Source: a virus
Lineage: Duplodnaviria > Caudoviricetes
Length of the DNA stretch: 59,845 nt
Direction: 5' to 3' (one strand)
Virus record (IMG/VR): IMGVR_UViG_3300005533_000243
Span: 1-59,845 of that record
The position numbers were made by a program, and so were the translations under genes. Of this stretch, positions 19,399 through 26,998 are shown piece after piece. Position 1 is the first letter of the stretch. Every line of letters begins with the position of its first letter. The notes under the pieces are model-generated. The model was given only the letters and a program-made list of their open reading frames with translations, did not search any database and was not told the origin of the DNA.

Positions 19399-19806
19399 TC
19401 AGCAGTAGGGTTTCTGGATAAGCCGACGGCGCGCGCCATCCGGCTCGATCTGGTGATACTTGCCGCCGGAATAGTGCGCGCAATCGAGCGCGAACCCGCG
19501 GCGGATGATCTCTGCGTTGATCTCGATACCGTGCGAGGTAACGCAGGTGCCGACCACGCGATTGTACGACCAACCAGACCACTTGCAGGTCACGCGGTCG
19601 TTGCCGATGATTTCGATGAGCGCGTCTCGCGCCGCCGGCCCGTTCGGCTCGTCCAGCTCCTCGGCGTCAACGCCCTGGAGGCGGACGCTTTGGCCTTGCA
19701 CGCGGATGGTGTCGCCATCGTGGACGCGTGCGTATCCCGATAGCGTGCCGGATTGCGCGATCGTGAGTGCGCACAACCCCAGCCACTTGCATATGATCGG
19801 CGTCAT
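19399..19806 (-). CDS. Thermonuclease (SNase family), probably exported
   Basis: VHDGDTI, VRLQGVDAEE, YNRVVGTC, INAEIIRRGFA; hydrophobic N-terminus; ATGA start. Confidence 0.88.
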   Translation of the reverse strand: MTPIICKWLGLCALTIAQSGTLSGYARVHDGDTIRVQGQSVRLQGVDAEELDEPNGPAARDALIEIIGNDRVTCKWSGWSYNRVVGTCVTSHGIEINAEIIRRGFALDCAHYSGGKYHQIEPDGARRRLIQKPYC

Positions 19807-20108
19807 GATTTCTGTCCAATGAGCGCGAGCATCAGCTCGGCGGCCGGTCGGTCTTTGTCGAGCAATTCGAGGAACCCGCGACCCGCTTCCGTGAGGAGGT
19901 AACGCTTGCCCTTGCGCGGCCCGGCGCGCCGCATCTCGACAAGCCCGAAAGCGAGTCTGGTCTCGTTTGGATTCCAAGACGGGGATTTGGAGTAAACAGA
20001 CTTTGGAATGAACGGCAGCCGGGCGCCGCCTTCGTGTTGGCACAGCCGAAGCCACTCAACGAACTTGGTTTCCTTGCCGGCATAGAAGAGCTTCGGGACG
20101 CCCTTCAT
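19803..20108 (-). CDS. Hypothetical protein (possible winged-helix)
   Basis: GLVEM...RYLLTEAGR pattern; ATGA overlaps. Confidence 0.6.
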   Translation of the reverse strand: MKGVPKLFYAGKETKFVEWLRLCQHEGGARLPFIPKSVYSKSPSWNPNETRLAFGLVEMRRAGPRKGKRYLLTEAGRGFLELLDKDRPAAELMLALIGQKS

Positions 20109-20452
20109 TTCGTAACCTCGTCAGGTAACTTCGGCACGCGGCCCATCCAGGGCTCAGGCTTGATCGCCCGCATCCAGTCGACGAACGACGGGATATGTCC
20201 GAAGTCCTCTTGAACGTGCTGCTCGCCAACCCACCGAGTCGGTACTTCGCGGCCGGTGCTGATCTTCACGATCGGTCCAAAGAGCTGCACGCAGAGCATG
20301 ATGCCCTCGGCGTGATGGCGCAGCGCGCGATGTCGAAAGTCGCAACTGATCGCCTTCGATCCGTCGAACCATTGGTGGATGTGCAGGTAATCTTCCGGCG
20401 TTCCACCCCACTTCTTCGCGCTCGACCTCGCGTGGTGATAGGGGTCAGCCAT
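20105..20452 (-). CDS. DUF6915-like protein
   Basis: PYHHARSSAKKWGG..EDYL.IH.WFD.SK...RHRALRHH..G...VGEQHVQED. Confidence 0.8.
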   Translation of the reverse strand: MADPYHHARSSAKKWGGTPEDYLHIHQWFDGSKAISCDFRHRALRHHAEGIMLCVQLFGPIVKISTGREVPTRWVGEQHVQEDFGHIPSFVDWMRAIKPEPWMGRVPKLPDEVTK

Positions 20453-20822
20453 TTTTCTTCCGCTGCCGGCTGCGGACCTTGTTGCCCGTCGAGTAATCCC
20501 AATGGGAATGCTTGGAGTCGGTGAACCGCTCGTTCATTTCGAGCAGCACCTGGCCGGTGTCCGCGACGACTTCGACCCGGCCAAAGCCACCATCGTTGTT
20601 GTACCAGTCGATCCCCGGCCGGTTGATGATCGCGTAAACGAATTCCTCGATCGCTTCCCGCAGCGGCATTCGGGCTCGGCTGCCGTCGGAAATCAGGCGT
20701 TCGAAAAATAACCCGTCAAGGTTACCTTCCGTCAGACCCTCGACCAGGAAGTCGCTGATCTGGCCGCTATCGCCGGCGCCATCGAAGTCGACGACCAGCT
20801 TGGTGATGCCATGCTTCTTCAT
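20445..20822 (-). CDS. DUF6878-like protein (start uncertain; see frameshift finding)
   Basis: GITKLVVDFDGAGDSGQI and WYNNDGGFG motifs. Confidence 0.7.
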   Translation of the reverse strand: MKKHGITKLVVDFDGAGDSGQISDFLVEGLTEGNLDGLFFERLISDGSRARMPLREAIEEFVYAIINRPGIDWYNNDGGFGRVEVVADTGQVLLEMNERFTDSKHSHWDYSTGNKVRSRQRKKNG

Positions 20823-20896
20823 GACGTCGATAAGCAGCTCATCGTTGTCGAAAGTATTTTTCGTTGGCCATGGTGGTGGCTCCAAGGTGTGGGTGG

Positions 20897-21205
20897 TCAG
20901 TCGAGGTGGAAGAACCAGCGAACGTGTTGCTTGAGGGTTTTCCACAGGCGGCGGCGCGCACGCGCGCGGAGATATTTGATGTACCAATCGTTCGGCGCCG
21001 GCGTCGTGTCGAACTTGTCGAGGAAGCCGCCCAGCTCTTCCATCATCGCGCGCCAGTAAATTTGCTTGCTGCGGGCGGCGTTCGTTTGCGGAAACCCGAC
21101 ATTGCCGTTCCCCAATCGAACCGGCAGCTCGACGTCCATCCAGATGTCGGCATCGGTCACACCGTGCGCATCCAGCTTCTTCTTGATCGCCTCGACATAG
21201 TTCAT
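20897..21205 (-). CDS. Hypothetical protein
   Basis: ORF fits the operon; plausible RBS. Confidence 0.7.
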   Translation of the reverse strand: MNYVEAIKKKLDAHGVTDADIWMDVELPVRLGNGNVGFPQTNAARSKQIYWRAMMEELGGFLDKFDTTPAPNDWYIKYLRARARRRLWKTLKQHVRWFFHLD

Positions 21206-21264
21206 GGGCTCACCCCTGCGCGCAGCGTCGCGCGTTTGAGTATCGCGTGGGTAACCTTGCGGGG

Positions 21265-21597
21265 TTACTCGGCGGAATTTTTCAGGCGGTCTAGCTTCTT
21301 CTGAAGCGACCGGATAAGCCCGTCGTTCAGATCGAGCGTGCGATCCTGCCTGAACTTGTGGTGTGGATGTTCCGGCACTGGGCCGGCTTCCAGTCGGCGA
21401 TTTCGGTCGCGCAAATACTTGATGCGTTGTTCGAGCGCCGCGATTTCGACGGCTGTATTTGCCGGCTTTGGTTCGGGCGTTTTTGGTTCGTGAGTGCGCG
21501 CCACTTCGATCGGCGCTTCTCGCACCTCGCCACGCTTGCGTTTCAGAAAATCGGGAATCTCCAGCTCGGCGTATTCGTCCTTATTTTCTTCGTCCAC
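21265..21597 (-). CDS. Hypothetical protein (LEIPDFLKR motif, coiled coil)
   Basis: ORF fits the operon; ELEIPDFLKR resembles the FtsZ C-terminal core peptide (LDIPAFLR). Confidence 0.65.
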   Translation of the reverse strand: MDEENKDEYAELEIPDFLKRKRGEVREAPIEVARTHEPKTPEPKPANTAVEIAALEQRIKYLRDRNRRLEAGPVPEHPHHKFRQDRTLDLNDGLIRSLQKKLDRLKNSAE

Positions 21598-21874
21598 GTT
21601 TCTTCCAACGCTCCAATAGATCGTAGATCACCGCCTGCGCTTCCACGGCGTCCAAACACACGGACAGATCAGTGCCCTTGTTCGGCCAGCCGAACTTCTC
21701 GCTGCTGTCGAAACCGACGATGCAATACTTGGTGCCGTTTTTGCTTCGCCAAACCATCATGTGGTCGGCGCGGCGACCGCCAAACTTGTTGTCGGTCAGT
21801 GGTGCCCAATGTGTCCACTCCACGCGACCCGGTGGAAGTTCAGCGTCTCGCCAGTCGAGATGCTCCAGTTTCAT
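21581..21874 (-). CDS. Small early protein, D-xxx-AQ paralogue family
   Basis: MKLEHLDW...LDAVEAQAVI. Confidence 0.7.
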   Translation of the reverse strand: MKLEHLDWRDAELPPGRVEWTHWAPLTDNKFGGRRADHMMVWRSKNGTKYCIVGFDSSEKFGWPNKGTDLSVCLDAVEAQAVIYDLLERWKKRGRRK

Positions 21875-22174
21875 CTCACCACCAGACCATCGAATGACCC
21901 AATAGCCAGGCGACGTAACCCAGCGAGGTTACCGCGGCGGCGTAGGCAGCGAGTGGAGTGAGCATCAGCGGGGTTCCGTGATTTCGTGGTTCGGTGGTGT
22001 TATTTGGTAGGCTTCTTCGATCGGCGCTTCTTCTTGATCTTGCCTTGCGCGCGGAGTTCGCAGAGGGTTTCGAACCTATGATCGCTGACCAGCTCGTTCC
22101 ACCCCTCGCCGATTTCGAGTTTCTCGATCGCCTTTAGGTGCGGTATCCAGTCTTTCTCCGTGCCGACAAAGAGT

Positions 22175-22438
22175 TTACATTTCGCCTTGCCGAAAAGCGT
22201 TGAGCAGCAGTTGCGCTTCGAGCGGGTCACGATCGTACCATTCTAGCGTTTGGAGTTTGGGCCGCGTGTAGATGACCGTCATAGCGTGCGGCGAGTAATT
22301 CGTGCGCATGAACTCAATGCGCGCGCCGTCAGCGCGGTTCACGCAGGCTTTTTCGACAACCAATCTCGGCGTGCCGCCCGGTGGTCGATGGCACGGCAAA
22401 AACTTCAAATCGCCAATCGTGAGTGCGCGCCTACTCAT
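22175..22438 (-). CDS. Small early protein, D-xxx-AQ paralogue family
   Basis: LTIGDLKF...RDPLEAQLLL. Confidence 0.7.
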   Translation of the reverse strand: MSRRALTIGDLKFLPCHRPPGGTPRLVVEKACVNRADGARIEFMRTNYSPHAMTVIYTRPKLQTLEWYDRDPLEAQLLLNAFRQGEM

Positions 22439-22748
22439 CGAGCGGCAGTCCCAACAGCGAGGCCGTCTCGGCGTCGAGCTGCAAGCCAGGTCCGTTGTTC
22501 GCTTTCATGTGCTCGGCCATGCGGAACAGTTGCTCGCACTTGAACATGGCGTTGCCGTTATGCAGCGCGAACTTCGGGTCGGAGTTGGCCTTGCGGAGCG
22601 CGTCGCGCGCGATCGCGCGCCACGAGCGCGGCTGCGCCATGCGCCGGCGAGCCTCGTCCTTGATCGCTCTCCAGCGACCACGACCTAGGGCTTCGATCTG
22701 CGCCTGTGCGGCGCGCATGATTTCGTCAGGCGGCACTATGCGGGTCAT
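22431..22748 (-). CDS. Hypothetical protein
   Basis: GAGGT RBS. Confidence 0.7.
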   Translation of the reverse strand: MTRIVPPDEIMRAAQAQIEALGRGRWRAIKDEARRRMAQPRSWRAIARDALRKANSDPKFALHNGNAMFKCEQLFRMAEHMKANNGPGLQLDAETASLLGLPLDE

Positions 22749-22986
22749 TGTTACCTCGCTGGTTACCTGTGAGTTCGATCAGGATGCACTGGGCCTGAAG
22801 TGGGTCGAGCCGCCGCCAGGTCTCTGTGACTTTGTTGTTTTTGTATCGGTAGACAAGATCGTAGAACGGTGTCGAGTTGGCTCGCATCCAAATAGAGATG
22901 TAGCCGTCGTCCGTGACCACGTGCGCGTATTTCCATAGCGAGCCATCGTCCACCGGCTCTTCCCACGGTATCTCGTCGAGCGTCAT
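22726..22986 (-). CDS. Small early protein, D-xxx-AQ paralogue family
   Basis: MTLDEIPW...LDPLQAQCIL; ATGA start. Confidence 0.72.
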   Translation of the reverse strand: MTLDEIPWEEPVDDGSLWKYAHVVTDDGYISIWMRANSTPFYDLVYRYKNNKVTETWRRLDPLQAQCILIELTGNQRGNNDPHSAA

Positions 22987-23207
22987 AGCTTCGGTCTCCA
23001 CCGGGGAATGAGTTTCCACAGAACCGCCTGCGCCGTCGGAGCATCGAGGTCATCGAACCTTTTCATGCGGCCGCGACCATCGCGCTTCTGAAAATGTATC
23101 GAGTAGGCGCTATCCACGGCGCTCAATAGGATCACCAGGTAAGCGCCATGCGGCGCTTTAACCCGCGTCCATAATCCTTTCTCAAGCGGTAGATCACTAA
23201 GCAGCAC
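22983..23207 (-). CDS. Small early protein, D-xxx-AQ paralogue family
   Basis: GTG start with AGGAG RBS; (M)LLSDLPL...LDAPTAQAVL. Confidence 0.68.
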   Translation of the reverse strand: MLLSDLPLEKGLWTRVKAPHGAYLVILLSAVDSAYSIHFQKRDGRGRMKRFDDLDAPTAQAVLWKLIPRWRPKL

Positions 23208-23463
23208 GCAGCATCTCCTGCGCCAGCGCGTACTCCGCGAGCTTCTCGATCGGACCATGGAATAGGGTGTGGCGCCGACCGGGGTTCAACTCGATCACGA
23301 TCGACACGCCGTTTATCTCTACGTCGCCGACGTCCATCGCAAAGAGCCGCACGTGGATCGCCTCGCTCCGCGAGGTCGCCGATACCCTCAGTCCCGTCGA
23401 CGCGTGGCCAACCCGCGAACCTTCGCCGTTGCCGCCTTGCACGGCGCCGTAGTACCTAGCCAT
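23197..23463 (-). CDS. Hypothetical protein
   Basis: MARYYGAVQG start with GGAGGT RBS. Confidence 0.75.
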   Translation of the reverse strand: MARYYGAVQGGNGEGSRVGHASTGLRVSATSRSEAIHVRLFAMDVGDVEINGVSIVIELNPGRRHTLFHGPIEKLAEYALAQEMLRAA

Positions 23464-23698
23464 CGTTACCTCCGCAGGTAATGTGGTTGAGGATGCACTG
23501 GGCGGACGCAGCGTCGATGTTCTTGTGCTTGAAGAACATGTCGCCTTGCCCGTCCCAGTCACGCGAGCAGGTGTGTGAGATCGTGAACAGGTTGTTTTCC
23601 TCACGCCGCACAAAGTAAAAAATCCCGTCGCGGCCGAGCAGCATCTTCGTTGTGCCGCCGTCACCGTTGGTGAGGAACGGCAATTCATCGAGGCGCAT
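23456..23698 (-). CDS. Small early protein, D-xxx-AQ paralogue family
   Basis: MRLDELPF...IDAASAQCIL; GAGGT RBS. Confidence 0.72.
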   Translation of the reverse strand: MRLDELPFLTNGDGGTTKMLLGRDGIFYFVRREENNLFTISHTCSRDWDGQGDMFFKHKNIDAASAQCILNHITCGGNDG

Positions 23699-23785
23699 GG
23701 TTACCTCGCGTGGTTACGTTGGCGTGAGTGCGCGCGACACTACGGCGTGGCGTCACTGTGTTCACGGTGCATCTCCGCGTCACGA

Positions 23786-23923
23786 TCAGTGCTCGGCCAG
23801 ATAGGCGAGCAGCTTCTCGTACTTGCCGTCCATGATGTCGCGCCGCATCTGCGCTTCGATACGCTTGCGCTCTTCGGCGCTGACGGGGCGCGCGACCATC
23901 ACGGGTTTCTTCTCGGTCGCCAC
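23786..23923 (-). CDS. 45-aa hypothetical protein not in the ORF track
   Basis: GGAG RBS, GTG start, MATEKKPVMVARPVSAEERKRIEAQMRRDIMDGKYEKLLAYLAEH, strong GC3 codon bias. Confidence 0.65.
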   Translation of the reverse strand: MATEKKPVMVARPVSAEERKRIEAQMRRDIMDGKYEKLLAYLAEH

Positions 23924-24179
23924 GGGTTGTCTCCATCGTGGTGTGGGTAGGCGTGAAGAAATTTCCTAACGAATGAATTTGAATATGTGTGAAGATGATG
24001 GGGTGGCGGCGCTGCTCACTCGCACGCTGGCGGGAACTGCCGCCACCCCACGCTCGCGGCTCTGGCCAACCGTTCAAGGGTCAGCCTGCTGCGAGCTACC
24101 GGCGCACTGCTCCCAACTCTTGGGTTCAGGGCATCACGCCCCTAGCTGCGCCGGGATACTTAGGCGTTACCTGTGGGGG

Positions 24180-24920
24180 TTACGCCGCCTCGGCCTGCTG
24201 CTCGCCGGGCTGCTCGGTCGCGGGAGTATTCTCCACCACCGTCAGTCCCAGCGAAGCCGCCTTGGCCAGAACCTCGTCGCGCTCCTTCACGCTCATGAGG
24301 GCAGCGAGACGCTGCTTCACGAGCGAGTGAGCCTGCACGAGTTCGTCCGACTGATCCTGCACGCCGGCTTCGCCAGTCACGATCTTCTCGATCGAGTTGA
24401 CGATGCGCGTGAGTTCGGTTTCCAAGGTCTTGTCCTTGGAGACCTTCTCGCAGGCGGCGCGGATCTGGTCGTCGGTCAGGTCGGTGTCGCACGCAAGCTG
24501 CGCCCGCGCGACGGCGACGAGCGCCGGATACGGGGACACAACTTTCACTTCGCTCTTCACCATCTCCTGATAGAGACGGGAAGCGCGCGTGAACACTTCG
24601 ACCGGATCGCAGGTCGTCATGCCGCCGACCGCGATAAGCTGGCGAAGCTTGGAGACATTCGCCTTCTTGCCCGTGGCGGTGTGATCGTGAACGGCCTTCT
24701 TGCTCTCGGCCGTCAGATAGGCGTCGTAGACGCGATGCGCGTCGTCCTTGCCTTCGCTGTCCTTGTCCAGCGTAACGATGCCATCGTTCGCCGCGCGCAC
24801 GATCTTGTGCGCGAGCGACGGAAGGCTGTCCTTGCCGGACGCGGCGTCACGACCCAGCTCGCGGACCTCGCTCATGAGGTCGTCGAGCCGCTTGTCGTTC
24901 TTCTGCGCTTTGGTGACCAT
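24180..24920 (-). CDS. Hypothetical early protein
   Basis: 246 aa, GGAG RBS, strong codon bias. Confidence 0.85.
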   Translation of the reverse strand: MVTKAQKNDKRLDDLMSEVRELGRDAASGKDSLPSLAHKIVRAANDGIVTLDKDSEGKDDAHRVYDAYLTAESKKAVHDHTATGKKANVSKLRQLIAVGGMTTCDPVEVFTRASRLYQEMVKSEVKVVSPYPALVAVARAQLACDTDLTDDQIRAACEKVSKDKTLETELTRIVNSIEKIVTGEAGVQDQSDELVQAHSLVKQRLAALMSVKERDEVLAKAASLGLTVVENTPATEQPGEQQAEAA

Positions 24921-25081
24921 TTCAAGTTGCTCCGTGGGTTGCCATCTCGCTACTCAGCGCCGGAGATAGCTGTCGGCGCGTGCGGGGAGAAATCCCCGCG
25001 GTGGTTCGCGCGTCGATACACGGCGTGCGAATTACGTGGTCTTGGTTGCCTATGGGTAACTTCACAGGTTACCCGACGCTC

Positions 25082-25192
25082 TCGCGCTGAGGCGCGGCGA
25101 AAAGAAAAAGCCCATCGCACCACGACACCAACAAATCGCGCGAGCGATCTGGCTGCTAAGGGTCGGACGGTACGATGGGCTAGTCAGCGCGA
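25082..25192 (-). terminator. Nested stem-loop with U-tract (terminator/attenuator candidate)
   Basis: 25082-90 pairs with 25184-92 and 25109-21 with 25169-81; AAAAGAAAAAG reads as a U tract on the minus strand. Confidence 0.5.
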
Positions 25193-25402
25193 CGCGGGAG
25201 GACGATCGCGCAGGGGGATGGTTTGGTGGTTGCGTGGTGTAATAGACCGGACACCAAGTTCAACCGGCGGTGTGGTGAGGCGGGTTCGTGCGCGCGTGAG
25301 TGCGCGCCGCGTCACCGGCGGCGATCTTTATATGTGTGAATAATCGCCGGTTCAGATAAGTTACAGCAAATTTGTTTTCGCTGCCGCGCCAATGGCTTGC
25401 GG

Positions 25403-25564
25403 CTTATTCTCCATATTCTCCATATTCGCAGGAGATACAGGCGAATTATTTCGAGCTTCAATTCCAAAATGTAACCTAGCGAAAGTTACATTTTGGAATT
25501 GAGGGGTCGCGCGGGGGGTGTGTATCTAAAACCTATAGTAAATATAGAGAATATAGAGAATAAG
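25403..25564. repeat. Large AT-rich nested inverted repeat (origin candidate)
   Basis: Perfect 18-bp arms 25458-75/25485-502; 7-bp arms 25433-39/25521-27; 22/24 arms 25403-26/25541-64. Confidence 0.85.
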
Positions 25565-25588
25565 AAAGAATGTCGCTGCGGCACTAAG

Positions 25589-25656
25589 CTAACTTTAATT
25601 GCTATACTTTCAAGCAACCGAGTTCGGTTGTGGTAAATATAGCAATTAAGTTTTAG
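25589..25656. repeat. Second imperfect palindrome
   Basis: TTAATTGCTATA...CAACCGA-GT-TCGGTTG...TATAGCAATTAA. Confidence 0.8.
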
Positions 25657-25662
25657 TTGTAG

Positions 25663-25938
25663 TCAGCGCGCCTTGATGAGTTCGTCGCGCGGCTCGGCCC
25701 AGCAAACCACCGGACCATTAGACCACCGACGCGCGCCATTGCCGTAAGTCTTAGCGCGATATGGTTTCACGCCGGCGCAAGGCACGCGCACGACCAGCGC
25801 ATCATCGTATGATGCAATGGTCTTGTGGTGCGGATTGAACACGGCGCGATAGAGTTCGCGGTCGAAAGCCTCGTGGCATCGCTCGCTGAATTGCTTGCGC
25901 GCCTTCTCGATCTTCGCCCGCATGGATGGGTTCGCCAT
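25663..25938 (-). CDS. Hypothetical protein
   Basis: GAGGT RBS inside a GTWAC box. Confidence 0.65.
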   Translation of the reverse strand: MANPSMRAKIEKARKQFSERCHEAFDRELYRAVFNPHHKTIASYDDALVVRVPCAGVKPYRAKTYGNGARRWSNGPVVCWAEPRDELIKAR

Positions 25939-25986
25939 GGGGTAACCTCGTGGGTAACAAAACGATCAGACCATGAAATGAACAAA

Positions 25987-26461
25987 TGCGCCCACGACCG
26001 CAATCGCAAGCCGTGGGCGCAATGAGATGGTTTCCCGGTATCCAGTCTCTTGTTGACTGGGGTCTAGCCCTTCCACTGACGCGGTGTTCGCACGGCTCTG
26101 GGTGAGCGTGCTACTGGGCGCGCACCAAGTTCACTTGGTTTCGTGGTCGCATGGTGTTAGGCAGTTTAAGACCTTGAGAGTTGCGGATAACGTGGCCAAT
26201 AGTCCAGCATCTCCGCCACACCCTTCGGGACCATACCGACGACATGACGGCGCAGGGTTCACTCGGCTCCGCGCTCGCGGAATTTCCTCTGGCACCATCG
26301 GGCTTTTTCATAAGTCAGGGCACCCGAAGCCCCCGCGCGTCTGCACGCGCCGCGATATGACCTAGCTATCTCGCCCGTTGGCAATCTCGCCCGCACCGCG
26401 TAGCTCCACTGGTGAGCAGGAGCGCCGCCGACAGCCTTTTATACTGTCGCACCTTTCGGTG
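25987..26461 (-). ncRNA. Candidate structured non-coding RNA or long leader
   Basis: No convincing ORF; at least six short hairpins; strand is inferred. Confidence 0.35.
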
Positions 26462-26610
26462 GCATGGTTCCGGTTCGGGTAGGGCGCTTGATTGCCCTAC
26501 AGCCTAGGTGCGGGGGCCGGGTACCCGGCGGGGTAACTGGACAGCGGGGGCCGCCGGGGGGGCCGCGCTTTTTTGGGGACTCCGGAAATATCCAGGACCC
26601 AAAATCGACG

Positions 26611-26639
26611 TTGTTACTTTCGAGCAACTTCCCTACATT
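26611..26639 (+). promoter_or_regulatory. Sigma70-like promoter
   Basis: TTGTTA-N17-TACATT ending 7 nt before ATG 26647. Confidence 0.55.
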
Positions 26640-26646
26640 CGCATTC

Positions 26647-26868
26647 ATGAAAACCTTCACCACCTGGATCGAAGGCGTTCCGCTGATCGAAGTCGACGCG
26701 GAGAACCTGCCGCCGATCGCCGCCTATCGCGATGCTTTCGACGTTCCGGAGCCGGTGCGGGCACAGATCCGCGCCGCGCGCGACGCCGGCGTGCCGCCGT
26801 CGGAGCTCTCGAGAATCTTCAATATGCCGATTGCGTGGGTTGCAATTTTCCTGGGCGAGCCCAACTAG
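26647..26868 (+). CDS. Small HTH protein, apparently leaderless
   Basis: AQIRAARDAGVPPSELSRIFNMPIAWVAIFL HTH-like; no RBS. Confidence 0.65.
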   Translation: MKTFTTWIEGVPLIEVDAENLPPIAAYRDAFDVPEPVRAQIRAARDAGVPPSELSRIFNMPIAWVAIFLGEPN

Positions 26869-26900
26869 CAACCCCAAGAGCCTTGACTCCGAACTAGCAG

Positions 26901-26935
26901 CGAGCCCCGGCGCACATCGCCGGGGTTTCGTTTTG
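26901..26935 (+). terminator. Intrinsic terminator
   Basis: CCCCGGCG-CACAT-CGCCGGGG then TTTCGTTTTG. Confidence 0.7.
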
Positions 26936-26998
26936 TGACACAGCCGATACCCCCACCTGCGATACGGCACCTCGAGAAAACTTTTCAGAGGGCTGTTC

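Larger units (their letters stand above)
6166..25307 (-). repeat. Dispersed co-oriented 12-mer GTGAGTGCGCRC (GYGCGCACTCAC on coding strand), 8 copies
   Basis: Starts at 6166, 12717, 16052, 19763, 21490, 22419, 23724, 25296. Confidence 0.85.

Noticed and set aside
22000-22230. 76-aa ORF in the early region
   Set aside because: No convincing start or RBS and overlaps the upstream gene; left uncalled although the gap may be coding
23973-25343. 456-aa plus-strand ORF and other long antisense ORFs (e.g. 34483-36075, 50584-52047, 55612-57033, 57328-58803)
   Set aside because: Shadow frames of GC3-biased genes; no RBS or recognisable motifs
25458-25502. Protelomerase telRL site
   Set aside because: Palindrome has a 9-nt loop, no protelomerase is recognisable, and the recombinase is integrase-like
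25584-25598. CtrA box (CTAA-N7-TTAA)
   Set aside because: One mismatch in AT-rich DNA, single instance, host unknown
26170-26295. RNase P (GAGGAAAGTCC-like) or group I intron (ATAGTCC) signatures
   Set aside because: Only isolated short matches on different strands; other conserved elements absent
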